Assembly: GCA_963796455.1 (NCBI GenBank)
Contig: CAWCLO010000004.1
Span: forward strand, 64,001 to 128,000
Direction of reading: 5' to 3'
Length of the DNA stretch: 64,000 nucleotides
From: Candidatus Sulfomarinibacteraceae bacterium
GTDB taxonomy: Bacteria; Acidobacteriota; Thermoanaerobaculia; Thermoanaerobaculales; Sulfomarinibacteraceae
Made by a program: the position numbers and the translations under genes. The notes beneath the pieces were generated by a model. That model worked only from the letters and a program-made list of their open reading frames with translations, did no database searches and had not been told where the DNA came from. Shown in pieces: positions 49,683-60,031 of the stretch (position 1 is its first letter; the number at the start of each line of letters is the position of its first letter).

Positions 49683-50603
49683 ATGCAACAGGACGACCGA
49701 ATTTTTGCAGCGGTGGGTGCGTGTGTGATCGTAGGTGTGACACTGGCTGCGGCCGTCATGTGGCTTGCCTCCGGCATTTCTGTCGAGGCACCACAGAGGG
49801 CGACCGTCGCGGTGAACCGACTGGAGGCGCCGAACCAGGCGACCTCACTGCCGGCCAACCCGGAGGTGGTCGAGGCGAGTTTGAACCTCGACGGGGACGA
49901 CTCGCTGATCAGGTCCTCGCTGGCCCGATTGTCTTCGCACCCCAGGTTCGCCGAGTACCTCGTCAATGATCGATTGCTTCGCCGGTTTGTTGGAACTGTC
50001 GATGCGATCGCGGGTGGTTACAACCCTCGTGACGAGGTCGATTTTATGCGGCCCGTGAGCGACTTCATGGTCCGGGAGGACGAGGGCCGTCTGGTGATCG
50101 CGGCCGGCAGTTTCCGCCGCTACGCAGTGGTTGCCGACACTTTCGCCTCGATCGACAGCGCCGGCTCGGCCGAACTCTACCGGCGTCTCAGCCCGAAACT
50201 CGAAGCTGTCTATCAGGAAATCGGTTGGGGCAGCGACTCATTTGACGACCGCCTCCGGGAAGCGATCGACCACCTGCTCGAAGTCGAGGTTCCGGGAGGT
50301 CCCATCGAGGTCGAGCAGCGATCCATCGTCTACGCATTCGCTGAGGATGAGTTCGAGGGGCTGACCGCCGCTCAAAAACTCCTCGTGCGGATGGGTGACT
50401 CGAATGCACGAAAGGTCCAGAACAAACTGATCGAACTCCGCCAGGCGTTCGGCTGGCCGGATCGCACCATCCCGGTGGTGACGGCGGAGCTGGAAATGCC
50501 GCAGGAACCCGAGATGATTCGTGAGCCGATCGTTGCCGACGCCTCGTCCATCGTGTCCCCGGACCCGATCGAGGAACGGATTGGAGCGCCCGAAGTACCC
50601 TGA
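49683..50603 (+). CDS. DUF3014 domain protein
   Basis: LRRFV..VD.IA.G, FDDRL..AIDHLL, LTAAQKLLVRMG..N. Confidence 0.85.
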   Translation: MQQDDRIFAAVGACVIVGVTLAAAVMWLASGISVEAPQRATVAVNRLEAPNQATSLPANPEVVEASLNLDGDDSLIRSSLARLSSHPRFAEYLVNDRLLRRFVGTVDAIAGGYNPRDEVDFMRPVSDFMVREDEGRLVIAAGSFRRYAVVADTFASIDSAGSAELYRRLSPKLEAVYQEIGWGSDSFDDRLREAIDHLLEVEVPGGPIEVEQRSIVYAFAEDEFEGLTAAQKLLVRMGDSNARKVQNKLIELRQAFGWPDRTIPVVTAELEMPQEPEMIREPIVADASSIVSPDPIEERIGAPEVP

Positions 50604-50615
50604 TCGGGTCGTCGC

Positions 50616-50652
50616 ACCGGGGCGAGGATGGTCCTCGCCCCGGTTTCTTTTT
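50616..50652 (+). terminator. Intrinsic terminator
   Basis: ACCGGGGCGAGGA-TGG-TCCTCGCCCCGGT then TTCTTTTT. Confidence 0.85.
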
Positions 50653-50695
50653 GCCGGCTGGCACTTGTTCGATCAGATGCTGGATACTCGATGCT

Positions 50696-51254
50696 GGATC
50701 AGTGCTGTCCAAAACGAATCGTGACCTGAATCTGGCCGATTGAAAACACGAGTTTCAGGGGTTGGGTTTTGGAGGATCCGGTTCGTCGTTGCCCCGCGCT
50801 GTTCTCGCTTTCTTTTACCGTTTTCGGAGGGAGAAAGAGAGAGCCACCCGGCACCGATCCCGCAGGCACGCGAATGTCGCCTCCCGATGTCATCCTGAGC
50901 GGAGCCCCACAGGGGCGTAGTCGAAGGATCTATGAGATGGGATGTAACGACCTCAGACCGCAGATCCTTCGACTACGCGCAAAAGGCGCTCCGCTCAGGA
51001 TGACATCTTGAAAATATGCAGCCAACCTAAAAAACCCTCCGCGATATGTCACCGGGAGAGCAAGGATCCACACAGGAGGGGGTTTCCGGCCACCGAAGGG
51101 CTGCTGAGGATTCCGATCCCGAAGCGGAAAAAGGGACTGATCGCTGTCGCGGATGACTGAACGCTGCTACTGCCTACTGTTCGCTGACGCTGTCCGCCGT
51201 TCCCTGGCGCTGTCCCTGGACGCCGTCCGAGGCTCTTTCAAGGACAAGAGTGAT
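50696..51254 (+). mobile_element. Modular element copy D (TGTCA palindrome 50886-51007 inside TIRs)
   Basis: Left GGATCAGTGCTGTCCAAAAC, right GGACAAGAGTGAT; CTG-rich right arm. Confidence 0.65.
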
Positions 51255-51264
51255 GCTGAATGCT

Positions 51265-51520
51265 GGATCCACCCAACCGCGCACGCTGCAGACCGCAGAT
51301 AACGCAGATAGACGCGGATGACCGGGCCGGGCTTGCCGTTGACATCGGCTGACCACCGGCTACTCCTTTCGTTGAACGACCCGGAGGTGGCCACATTGCC
51401 GTCTGGACTCCTGACCGCTGGCGCTGACTCACTGTACTGTCTGATCACTGTCGCTGCCGCTGGAACTTGTCCCTGTCGCTGCAGACCCCGCAATAGAGGG
51501 TTCGCAGATAACGCGGATAT
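51265..51520 (-). repeat. Half-element D' fused to CGCAGATAA-type 9-mer repeats
   Basis: 51265-51420 is the reverse complement of ~59850-60007. Confidence 0.8.
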
Positions 51521-51589
51521 CACATTGGACAAGTTGCAGTCGGTGTGACTGAACCTACGCTTTCGAAAGCGATGGCGTAGCGCGATCCG

Positions 51590-52555
51590 CTAACCACCAT
51601 TCATGAGCCGCCACACGGCGACCCAGGCCGGAAGGGTCATGCTGCAGGCGAGATATGAAAGAAACATCACCGTGCCGACCCGCTCCTCATTGCCACCATA
51701 GCTTCGGACCTGGAGCACCAGGCCCACAGCGGGAGCCGACGCTGCCTCAATCACAAAAAAATCTGCCAGCAGGGGATTGACGGCATAGAGATTGAATTGA
51801 TGAAGAAGGATGATGGTCAGGGCGGGCAACAACAGGAGCTTGACTCCGAGGGCGCGGACCGCATCGCCCGCAAAGGGAAGGAATCGGACGCCGATACCGC
51901 CCAGAACCGCTCCCAAAACCAGGGTCGCCACGGGGACCGCAGCGGTACCCAGGAGATCGACGGCGGCCACGACCGGTTTGGGAATGAGAGCCGAGGCTCC
52001 GGTCAGGGCGACACCGATCGCAACGATGTTCGCGACCAGAGGAGGTGTCACGAGATCGCGGAGGCGGGTCTTCTGCCGGCCATCGCCGGAGATCAGCGTT
52101 TTTCCCAGGCTCCAGAGAATCGGGTTGTAACCGAGGATGAAAAGAAAAACGTAGAGCGCAAAATCATCGAATTGCCCGGGAAACAGAGCGAGGCCGATGG
52201 GCAGGACGAAGTAGCCGGCGTTCTGCATCCCGGCGACCGGAATGAGATCTTTCTTCTCCGGGAGTTGGTTGCTGAATACAAGGGCACCAAGAGCTGTACC
52301 AACCAAGGCCATGGCGGCGCCGGCCAGAGGCAATATCCACCACTGCGGAAGCGCCTTGGGGTCGAGGTTTTCGACGACGTTGGAAAAGATCAGACAGGGC
52401 AGAAAGATCTGGACGGAGGCCGTTGAGAGGCCGGTAATCTGGTTCTGGGTGATGACACCCCGACGAACCAGAAAACCCGCGATCAGGATGACGAGGAATA
52501 TCCCTGCGATCGCGGATACGGTCGCCCCGAAGGAGGCAGTCAGAGCTTGAACCAT
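51590..52555 (-). CDS. AEC (auxin efflux carrier) family transporter
   Basis: FLPCLIF, QNAGYFVLP, TPPL, VKLLLLP; ~10 TM. Confidence 0.88.
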   Translation of the reverse strand: MVQALTASFGATVSAIAGIFLVILIAGFLVRRGVITQNQITGLSTASVQIFLPCLIFSNVVENLDPKALPQWWILPLAGAAMALVGTALGALVFSNQLPEKKDLIPVAGMQNAGYFVLPIGLALFPGQFDDFALYVFLFILGYNPILWSLGKTLISGDGRQKTRLRDLVTPPLVANIVAIGVALTGASALIPKPVVAAVDLLGTAAVPVATLVLGAVLGGIGVRFLPFAGDAVRALGVKLLLLPALTIILLHQFNLYAVNPLLADFFVIEAASAPAVGLVLQVRSYGGNEERVGTVMFLSYLACSMTLPAWVAVWRLMNGG

Positions 52556-52582
52556 CGTGACAGTCTCGATTCCTGATTGATT

Positions 52583-53197
52583 TCAGGGGGTCAGCGGACG
52601 CATGCGGACGAATTGTTCCATCGAATAGACTTCGACGCCGTCTCGAACGATCCGCATGGAGACCGGGGCCCCGGCAAGATCGCTGGCAAAGAAAAACTCG
52701 TTGACCACACCCGGTTCATCCCCTGCGACCGTGTAAAGCCACCCCTCGTGAACACCGAGATCAGTGTCTCGCGTGACCCATTCTCGTGACGAAGTGGCTG
52801 CCGGAAAGCTTGCATGGTCGCGGAGTTCCGTCCAATCGGCGCGCTGTACGCTCTTTTCTCCAACAACTTCCTGGTTTTCATCGAGGGTGGAGTACTCGAT
52901 TTCAACACCCGTTTCATCTGCCTGAACGACAGTCCAGAGTTTGACCGTCGAACCGTCGGTATGGGTTTCCCGGACCATGAGGCGAAGGCCAACCACCATC
53001 TCCGCGCGGATCTGTTCTGCGGTGAACGGTCGCCTCAGGATGGTCGAATCCTCCGGGTCGAGTTCGTAGACGGTGGCAGAGGTTTTTCCCGCCGTCGTTT
53101 CCCTGGTTTCCGAATCGACATCCTGGTTCGCAGGGTTGCCACAGGCGCCGCACATCGTGATGGCCACGGCGAGAGTGATCAGAGCTCTTTTCGGCAT
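52583..53197 (-). CDS. Hypothetical lipoprotein
   Basis: AAGGAGG SD; lipobox GAC; acidic beta-rich body. Confidence 0.65.
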   Translation of the reverse strand: MPKRALITLAVAITMCGACGNPANQDVDSETRETTAGKTSATVYELDPEDSTILRRPFTAEQIRAEMVVGLRLMVRETHTDGSTVKLWTVVQADETGVEIEYSTLDENQEVVGEKSVQRADWTELRDHASFPAATSSREWVTRDTDLGVHEGWLYTVAGDEPGVVNEFFFASDLAGAPVSMRIVRDGVEVYSMEQFVRMRPLTP

Positions 53198-53469
53198 TCT
53201 GTCCTCCTTGGACACGGCGCGTGGAAGTGTAACGTCCGACCCTCGAAGTGACAAATCTCGAAACCCGGCTCGGGAAGAGGCCGAGCCCTCGATGAGTTCG
53301 CGGTTCGTAAGGTCCTTCTCGGTTGCCGGCCGAGGACCGGCTCAAGGCATCGCCCCGGTCGGGAATCAACCTGAGGCCCGGCTGTTTTTATAAGACACGG
53401 ATTGATGTGTAACCTGGCGGGTCTGACAGCGTATTGATACTTAAGATCAAGAAAACGAAGGAGACGATC

Positions 53470-54249
53470 ATGGCAAACGCAACAGACAACGGCAGTTTTG
53501 TCTGGTACGACCTGATGACGGGCGAGCCGGATGCCGCGGAAGGGTTTTATAAAGAGTTGATCGGGTGGGGAACCCAGCCCTTCGAAGGCGGTGACAAGCC
53601 CTACACGATGTGGACGAACGCCGAGAAACCACTCGGCGGGGTGATGGAGCTGCACGACGAGGCCCGGGAAGCCGGTGCGCCGCCGCACTGGATCGCCTAC
53701 ATTTCGGTGGATGACGTGGATGTTATGGTCGCCCGCACGACAGAACTCGGCGGCGAGGTGCTTCATCCGGCGACGCAGGTCCCGAACGCGGGGAGTTTTG
53801 CCGTGCTGGCCGATCCCCAGGGAGCGGTCTTTGCGATCTACCAGGGAGCCGGTTCGAGCTCGAGCCCCGCGGCGGCTCCAGGAGTGGGTGATTTTTCCTG
53901 GCATGAATTGGTCACCTCTGATTACAAGGGGGCCCTGCAGTTTTATTCGGAGCTCTTTGGCTGGAAGGCCGATGAGGCGATGGATATGGGAGATGCCGGA
54001 ATTTACCAGATCTATGGTCACGGCGGCGCGCCCCTTGGAGGTATGTTCAACAAACCGGCTGAGATGCCCGGGCCTCCGATGTGGCTCTATTACATCTCGG
54101 TCAAGGATGTGAAGGATTCAGTCGAGAAGGTGAAGGCTCTCGGCGGCCAGGTCGTCAACGGACCGATGGAGGTCCCCGGTGGCGACTTGATCGCACAGTG
54201 TTTTGACCCCCAGGGGGCCTTCTTCGCGCTCCACTCGAAAGCGAGTTGA
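53470..54249 (+). CDS. Two-domain VOC / glyoxalase family protein
   Basis: FVWYDL, FY.EL.GW twice, DPQGA twice. Confidence 0.92.
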   Translation: MANATDNGSFVWYDLMTGEPDAAEGFYKELIGWGTQPFEGGDKPYTMWTNAEKPLGGVMELHDEAREAGAPPHWIAYISVDDVDVMVARTTELGGEVLHPATQVPNAGSFAVLADPQGAVFAIYQGAGSSSSPAAAPGVGDFSWHELVTSDYKGALQFYSELFGWKADEAMDMGDAGIYQIYGHGGAPLGGMFNKPAEMPGPPMWLYYISVKDVKDSVEKVKALGGQVVNGPMEVPGGDLIAQCFDPQGAFFALHSKAS

Positions 54250-54320
54250 AGACACGCTTCGGATCGGTGCATCGAGCCCATACGGGATGATGTCGTGCGA
54301 CAATTGCGGCGGGAGATTCA

Positions 54321-56246
54321 ATGAAAAAAGTGTTCTGTCTGTTACTCGCACCGTTGCTCGTCGGTATGGTGTGTTGGGCCGATGGCGCTCCGGTGGCGGT
54401 TCGCGTCGAGGTGCAACCGGTAGCCGCCGCCGAGACCGGAACCCGGGTCGAGGTGATGATCCAGGTTTCACCCGAGGACCGGGGACGGCTCGGCCGGAAC
54501 GCGATGGTTCGTATCGAGCTCGATGGTGGCGTTCCACCCGGGCAGAGCCCTTTGTGGGCGGTCAGGATCGAGGATGACGGGAGTGCTGTGGTTAAAACCG
54601 TGTGGCCCCCCGGCGAACACGTTCTGACCGTTTCGATTGAGAGCTCGAACCGGCTCCATACCGGTCTATGGGTGGGTCAGGTTCGGGTTCCCGATTATGG
54701 ATCCGCCGGCGTTCAATCTGTTGTTCAGCCGAAACCACCGGAACAACCGGATCCACAACCTGCACCGGAACCGCCGGAATTGGAATCCGAGAGTCCGCAA
54801 TCAGAAACAGCCGCAACCGCTGCCGTAGTGGCGGCCGAGGTTGTGGATCAGACCGGGGACATCGAAGGTCGGGATGAGCCCGTGGATATGACGATCGAGG
54901 TAGAACGGCCGGAGGTGGAGTCGGCGCCGAGCGAGGATGCCGAACCGCTGCAACCGCCGGCTGCCGGGCTGCCGGCTGCGGCAGCGGTTGTTGCCGCTTC
55001 ACCGTCCGTTGAAACCGAAAACCAGGAGCGGCCTCCTGCCGAAGCAGCGACAGCCCCTGTGATCGATGAAGCGGTTGCAGACGAACCCATTGAAGAAACG
55101 CAGCCACCGGAAGTTGCCACTGTGGTGGCCGCAGGCACTGCCGCCGCTCTGTCCGCCTCGTCGGATCGGGAGGAGCCGACGGAATCGCAGCCTGATACAG
55201 CGCCGGTAGTCGAGCCGAAAGAGAGCCTACCGGCGTTGGAAGGAAGTGTGGAGCCGGTCGCTGCGGCTGCCGTGGCTGCTGTACCGCCCGACGACAGTGT
55301 GGTTGAAGAAAAAATGCCGGTGGTCGAAGCCGATTCCGAATCCATTGCGGAGCCAGTGTCGGCAAAGGCTGAGGATCTGGTGGTTCAACCGCTGCGAGGG
55401 GAAGAGGCTGTCGCCGAGATCGCGGAGCCTGAGCCTGAAGCCGTGGTGTTGTCGCCGGATCGAGTATCAGCCTATGGGAGTTGGATGGAGGCCGATGACG
55501 CGACCAAGGACCTGACGATTGTCGTGACCAGGAATCGGGAACCGGTTTCGGGTCTCGAACCAGAGGACCTGCGGTTACGGCTCGACAAGGTCGATGTGCC
55601 GATCGCCCGGCTCGGCGATCGAAATCACGCCCCGTTGTTGCTTGGTTTTGCGGTTGATATGTCGCCGGCGGTCGCCGGGTCGTGGAGCCAGACGGGGCGC
55701 GGGCTCGATCCGCTCCTCAGCCGGGCCGGCGGTGGTCGAGGCAGGTTCTTCGTCGCGACAACCGGCGAATCCTCCGACTGGGATGCCGATCCTGATCGGT
55801 TGACCGATGCGCTGAGCGTTCCGATGGGCGGAAATCTCGGCCGACTGATCGCCTCATCGCTGGCTCGTTTTGAAGGCCAACAAGGGCGGTCCTTCCTCCT
55901 CGTGGTCACCGACGGGCGATCTGAAGTGTCCAAAGAAGACTGGCAGGCGGCGACGGATGCTGTAGAGGGGACCGGAGTGCCACTGCTCGTGATCGCCCTG
56001 TGGGACGATCTGTTCAGCAAAAAGGTCCGCAAGCAGCTCTCGCAGCTTGCAGATGAAAGTGGTGGTCGGTTGTTCCTTGCCCAGGGAGCGGATCAGTTGG
56101 CTGCAGCGGTCGAGCGTTACGGCCCGTTGCTCGATGCGGGTGTGGCCCTGAGATATCTTCCCCCGGGAGGTGATCGGGCGCACAACGTATCAATCTCCGC
56201 AACCGACTCCGGAGTGCAGATCTCGGCTCCCAGGAGTACGCGCTGA
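54321..56246 (+). CDS. Secreted protein with long Ala/Pro/Glu linker and C-terminal VWA-like domain
   Basis: Signal peptide; AVDMS, LLVVTDG, LADESGGR. Confidence 0.7.
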   Translation: MKKVFCLLLAPLLVGMVCWADGAPVAVRVEVQPVAAAETGTRVEVMIQVSPEDRGRLGRNAMVRIELDGGVPPGQSPLWAVRIEDDGSAVVKTVWPPGEHVLTVSIESSNRLHTGLWVGQVRVPDYGSAGVQSVVQPKPPEQPDPQPAPEPPELESESPQSETAATAAVVAAEVVDQTGDIEGRDEPVDMTIEVERPEVESAPSEDAEPLQPPAAGLPAAAAVVAASPSVETENQERPPAEAATAPVIDEAVADEPIEETQPPEVATVVAAGTAAALSASSDREEPTESQPDTAPVVEPKESLPALEGSVEPVAAAAVAAVPPDDSVVEEKMPVVEADSESIAEPVSAKAEDLVVQPLRGEEAVAEIAEPEPEAVVLSPDRVSAYGSWMEADDATKDLTIVVTRNREPVSGLEPEDLRLRLDKVDVPIARLGDRNHAPLLLGFAVDMSPAVAGSWSQTGRGLDPLLSRAGGGRGRFFVATTGESSDWDADPDRLTDALSVPMGGNLGRLIASSLARFEGQQGRSFLLVVTDGRSEVSKEDWQAATDAVEGTGVPLLVIALWDDLFSKKVRKQLSQLADESGGRLFLAQGADQLAAAVERYGPLLDAGVALRYLPPGGDRAHNVSISATDSGVQISAPRSTR

Positions 56247-57056
56247 CTAGATAATTCGTTCGTGGAGCGCTCTCGAAACCGCCTCGAGGCGGTTGGCCGC
56301 ACCAAGAGTTCGCAGAATTCCCTGGATGTGGGTCCGCACGGTGTGAACGCTGATGCAGAGCTCCTCGGCGATATCCCGCGACCTCTTGCCCTCCGCCATC
56401 AGCAGCAGGACCTCGAGCTGACGACGAGTGAGGTGGGGTTGTTTTCGCGTGCCACGCTGGTCGGCGCCGCTCGGAGCGTTGGTGCCGGGAACGGTCACCC
56501 CGGGGATATTGGTCTGGGCAAGGAGGCGGTCGATCGCTTCGTCGGCCCGCCGGCGGCGGTGCATGGGAGTCATGAGATAGACCAACGTGTAGTCGCTCGA
56601 GCGGGGACCCAGGACGACCACAATTGAAACTGCGATTCGCAACATCTTTCCGGTAGCCGTGATGATGGCGAGTTCAAAACTCTGGGGAGCCTCGCCGATG
56701 CGAATCATGTCGTGGAATGCCCCGTGTTTTGCGGAAAGGCGATTGCCGTGAACATCCCGGGCTTGGATCACTTGCTGCAGATTGCGTCCGATGACATCCT
56801 CCGCAGAAAATCCGAAGAGTTCGACCGCAGCGGCATTCCATTGCACGATCGTATTGTCGGGATCCGCGGCAACAGCCGCCCGGGAGGCGTTTTCAACGAT
56901 GGTCGGCACGTTCGGAAAGGCAACCGGAACTTCGGCCGGCGCCCGCCGTCGTCGCGAACTCGGGGAGATTTCGTGGACGTTGTCAGGCAGGGCCTGAGTT
57001 CCTTTCGTGCTCCCTGGAGCGCCTTTTTTTTGCCTCGGTTTCTTGGGCACCGTCAT
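56247..57056 (-). CDS. PAS + LuxR HTH transcriptional regulator
   Basis: WNAAAVELFG..EDVIG; LTRRQLEVL, SVHTVRTH. Confidence 0.9.
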   Translation of the reverse strand: MTVPKKPRQKKGAPGSTKGTQALPDNVHEISPSSRRRRAPAEVPVAFPNVPTIVENASRAAVAADPDNTIVQWNAAAVELFGFSAEDVIGRNLQQVIQARDVHGNRLSAKHGAFHDMIRIGEAPQSFELAIITATGKMLRIAVSIVVVLGPRSSDYTLVYLMTPMHRRRRADEAIDRLLAQTNIPGVTVPGTNAPSGADQRGTRKQPHLTRRQLEVLLLMAEGKRSRDIAEELCISVHTVRTHIQGILRTLGAANRLEAVSRALHERII

Positions 57057-57213
57057 ATCTCCGTCAGTGACTTCTCTCGAGTCTCAGCCTCTTTTTGCCC
57101 TCCAAGGCAATCTACCTGTGTATATTTTATCATCCGTATTGGGTGTTCAGCCCGTCAAAGAGGTTCGAAACGCTCTTTCAGCATTGTCGCGCTGTCCGAC
57201 GAAGGGATGAGCT

Positions 57214-58584
57214 TTGAGTGAATCAACGAAATCTGCAGCTGGGAATGCGACCGATCCAGGCGTGGGTTCATCGCTGCCGATTCCGGCAATCGTGGCGTCG
57301 CTGGTGTCCATCGCGGTGATCGTTGGAGGGTTTTACGGCTACCGGTCCGTTGCCGGCGATGAAGCCAAAAACCACCTCGTCATCGCCACCGGGCCGGAGA
57401 CCGGAACCTACCACGCTCTCGGTCTTGCTCTGGCGCGGGTCCTCGAGGCCGAACAGATCGTCGTCTCCACCGAGATCAAGACCACCGGCGGCAGCGTGGC
57501 CAATATGGACCTCATCGGGGGTGCCGGGGAAGGATCCGATCTCGCTTTTGTTCAGGGCGACACTCCGGCCAACAGCCGGGTTCAGCTCCTGACTCCGCTG
57601 TATGACGAAGTGCTTCACATCCTCGTCCGCAAGGAAATTGCTGCAGAGATCGATGACATTACCGGTCTGAACGGGCTGCGCCTCTCCCTGGGCAACAGTG
57701 GATCCGGAACCCGACAACTCTCGGAAAGGGTGCTCGGTCATTTTGGAGTAAAGCCCGGTGTCGATCTCGAAATGACTCCAGCCGAGGCGGCGGAGGCCCT
57801 CCTCGACGGTTCGATCGACGGGCTTTTCGTATTGAATGCGATTCCGTCGCGAATGATTGACGAGCTCACCGCGGTGGATGCGGTTCGCTTCGTCTCGTTC
57901 GGCAATGCCCAGGAACAGGGCAATGAGGCCGATGGCATTTCGATGGTCTTTCCGAGCATTCGTGCGACCACGATTCCGCGCGCAACCTACCACCTCCTGC
58001 CGCAGGCGCCGGTGAGCACCATTGCGGTTTCGGCCCTTTTGGTGGCGGATCGGGATCTCGATCCGCTCCTCGTCCGCAAGATCACCGAAGCGGTGTTCGA
58101 AAACCGATCCGGCAGCGGCGGCCTCGAGGGACAGGAACTGGTGGTGGCGCGGAGGATTCGTGAGGATTTCCGCCCATCGTCCTTTGCGATTCCCTACCAC
58201 GACGGGGCGGTGAGTTATTACCGTCGCGAAGATCCTGCCTTTTTTGTGGAATACGCCGAGGCTATCAGTCTCGGTCTGACCCTGTTGGTGGGTTTGTACT
58301 CCGGTTATATCGCGCTTCGCGAGTGGATGCGCCGGCGGATGAAAAACCGGATTGACGCCTACCTCCTGGAGATCGAGCACGAGTCCTCCAACCTCCGGGA
58401 ACTGTCTTTGGAAGAGCTTGTACAGCACCGGGACGCGCTCGATGGAATCCGTCACCGGGCCTTTTCCGATCTGGTCAACGAACGGCTCTACGCTGATGAA
58501 TCATTCTCTATTTTCCAGAACCATCTCCGGGACGAGTTTGCAGCCATCGAGGCGCGAATCGCGGAGAAGGAGCGGCTGGTCTGA
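57214..58584 (+). CDS. TAXI family solute-binding protein with extra C-terminal TM and helical tail
   Basis: IATG..GTY, T.GSVAN, GSGT, PYHDGA..YY. Confidence 0.85.
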   Translation: MSESTKSAAGNATDPGVGSSLPIPAIVASLVSIAVIVGGFYGYRSVAGDEAKNHLVIATGPETGTYHALGLALARVLEAEQIVVSTEIKTTGGSVANMDLIGGAGEGSDLAFVQGDTPANSRVQLLTPLYDEVLHILVRKEIAAEIDDITGLNGLRLSLGNSGSGTRQLSERVLGHFGVKPGVDLEMTPAEAAEALLDGSIDGLFVLNAIPSRMIDELTAVDAVRFVSFGNAQEQGNEADGISMVFPSIRATTIPRATYHLLPQAPVSTIAVSALLVADRDLDPLLVRKITEAVFENRSGSGGLEGQELVVARRIREDFRPSSFAIPYHDGAVSYYRREDPAFFVEYAEAISLGLTLLVGLYSGYIALREWMRRRMKNRIDAYLLEIEHESSNLRELSLEELVQHRDALDGIRHRAFSDLVNERLYADESFSIFQNHLRDEFAAIEARIAEKERLV

Positions 58585-58593
58585 GCCCGGACC

Positions 58594-59493
58594 ATGAATA
58601 AGGCAACATCATTGTTTTTCTTGCGGGTTCTTGCTGTTGTGGTGCTTGCCGCCGGATGTGCAGCAGATGACCCGGCTGGCCCATCCCCGGATCTCGAAAA
58701 AGCCCAGTATGAGTTGCTCAGGGTCATCGACGTGGCCGGACGGCAGGGGATTGCAACCGATGGCGTCCACTATTTTGTCAGCGGGAGCACGGCCCTCTAC
58801 GTCTATTCCAAGGACGGCGAATTGTTGAAGTCCAATGAGGAGCCCTTTGCCGACCTCGAAAAACCTGCCAACCACATCGGCGATATCAGCGTGCACGATG
58901 GCAAGCTCTTTACCGGAATCGAGTGGTTCGAAGACGGGCGTGGGCATGATATCCAGATTGCGATCTACGACAGCGAGACTCTGAGCTATGAACATTCGGT
59001 TCTTTGGGACCCTGAATCGGGTCAGGTGGAAGTGAGTGGTTTGGCGGTCGATGTGGAGAATGGCTTGTTGTGGATGACCGATTGGGTCGACGGAAGATAC
59101 CTCTATCGCTACGAAATCTCGAGTGGGGCCTATGTTGGTAAGCTGCATCTGCGCCCAGTACCACAGTGGCAGCAGGGGATTGCCGCCTATCGAGGCTCGC
59201 TCTACATCACTGCCGACGACGGAGATGCGGAAGACGGTGAGTCGGACAATCTCTGGAAAGTCCGCGCCGATCCCCTTGCGTCAGCCGCCTACCTGACCCA
59301 CGAAAAAACATTCGACGATTTTCGCGACGTCGGCGAGATCGAAGGCATTGCGTTTGACCGAGCGGCCGGCGAGATGCTGGTGTTGGCGAACCGAGGCAAA
59401 CGGATCGTGCTCGGGATGCCGAAGGGTCTGTATCCCGGCTACGAGCGGGAGATCCACGAGGTGTACGTCTACAGGCTGCCGCAAGAACGCTGA
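58594..59493 (+). CDS. Hypothetical lipoprotein, probable beta-propeller
   Basis: Lipobox AAGC; repeated QGIA/EGIA strands. Confidence 0.7.
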   Translation: MNKATSLFFLRVLAVVVLAAGCAADDPAGPSPDLEKAQYELLRVIDVAGRQGIATDGVHYFVSGSTALYVYSKDGELLKSNEEPFADLEKPANHIGDISVHDGKLFTGIEWFEDGRGHDIQIAIYDSETLSYEHSVLWDPESGQVEVSGLAVDVENGLLWMTDWVDGRYLYRYEISSGAYVGKLHLRPVPQWQQGIAAYRGSLYITADDGDAEDGESDNLWKVRADPLASAAYLTHEKTFDDFRDVGEIEGIAFDRAAGEMLVLANRGKRIVLGMPKGLYPGYEREIHEVYVYRLPQER

Positions 59494-59548
59494 CCCAGCC
59501 CGGATGCCGGATTTGGCAGGGCATGGCCTGTAGGGAGAAAGCGGAGAA

Positions 59549-60007
59549 ACCGCAGATCACGCAGATAAACGCAGATAGGCCATCGCAGTCGCTCTCGTGG
59601 CAAGCACGATTGCCCACAGACCACACAGAAAAACACGGAATGAACCGCAAAGAGCGCTACGAACGCAACGTCGTAGAGACGCTAAGGCGCGGTTACCTCC
59701 TGCCTGCGCCTGAGCCCGAGACCGTGCCCGAATTGCAGCGCAATCACAGGATTCAGGGGCAGGGCCAGTGTCCAGCGACAGCGACAGGCAACAGCGAACA
59801 GGGACAGCGACAGGCAACAGCGGTCAGCGATCAGTAGTCAGCGATCGGCGGCAGCGGTCGGGAGTCCAGTCGGCGAAATGGCCACCTCCGGGTCGTTCCA
59901 AGGAAGGGGTAGCCGGTGGGCGGCCGATGTCAACGGCAAGCCCGGCCCGGTCATCCGCGTCTATCTGCGTTATCTGCGGTCTGCAGTGTGCGCGGCTGGG
60001 TGGATCC
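59549..60007 (+). repeat. Half-element F enclosed by inverted CGCAGAT 9-mer tracts
   Basis: 59549-59577 and 59953-59980; M module, CAG arm and half leader between them. Confidence 0.8.
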
Positions 60008-60031
60008 AGAATCCAGCATCCAGTATCGAGT

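Noticed and set aside
53264..53385. Hairpin-rich intergenic region as riboswitch or REP
   Set aside because: Single copy in the window and no recognisable consensus
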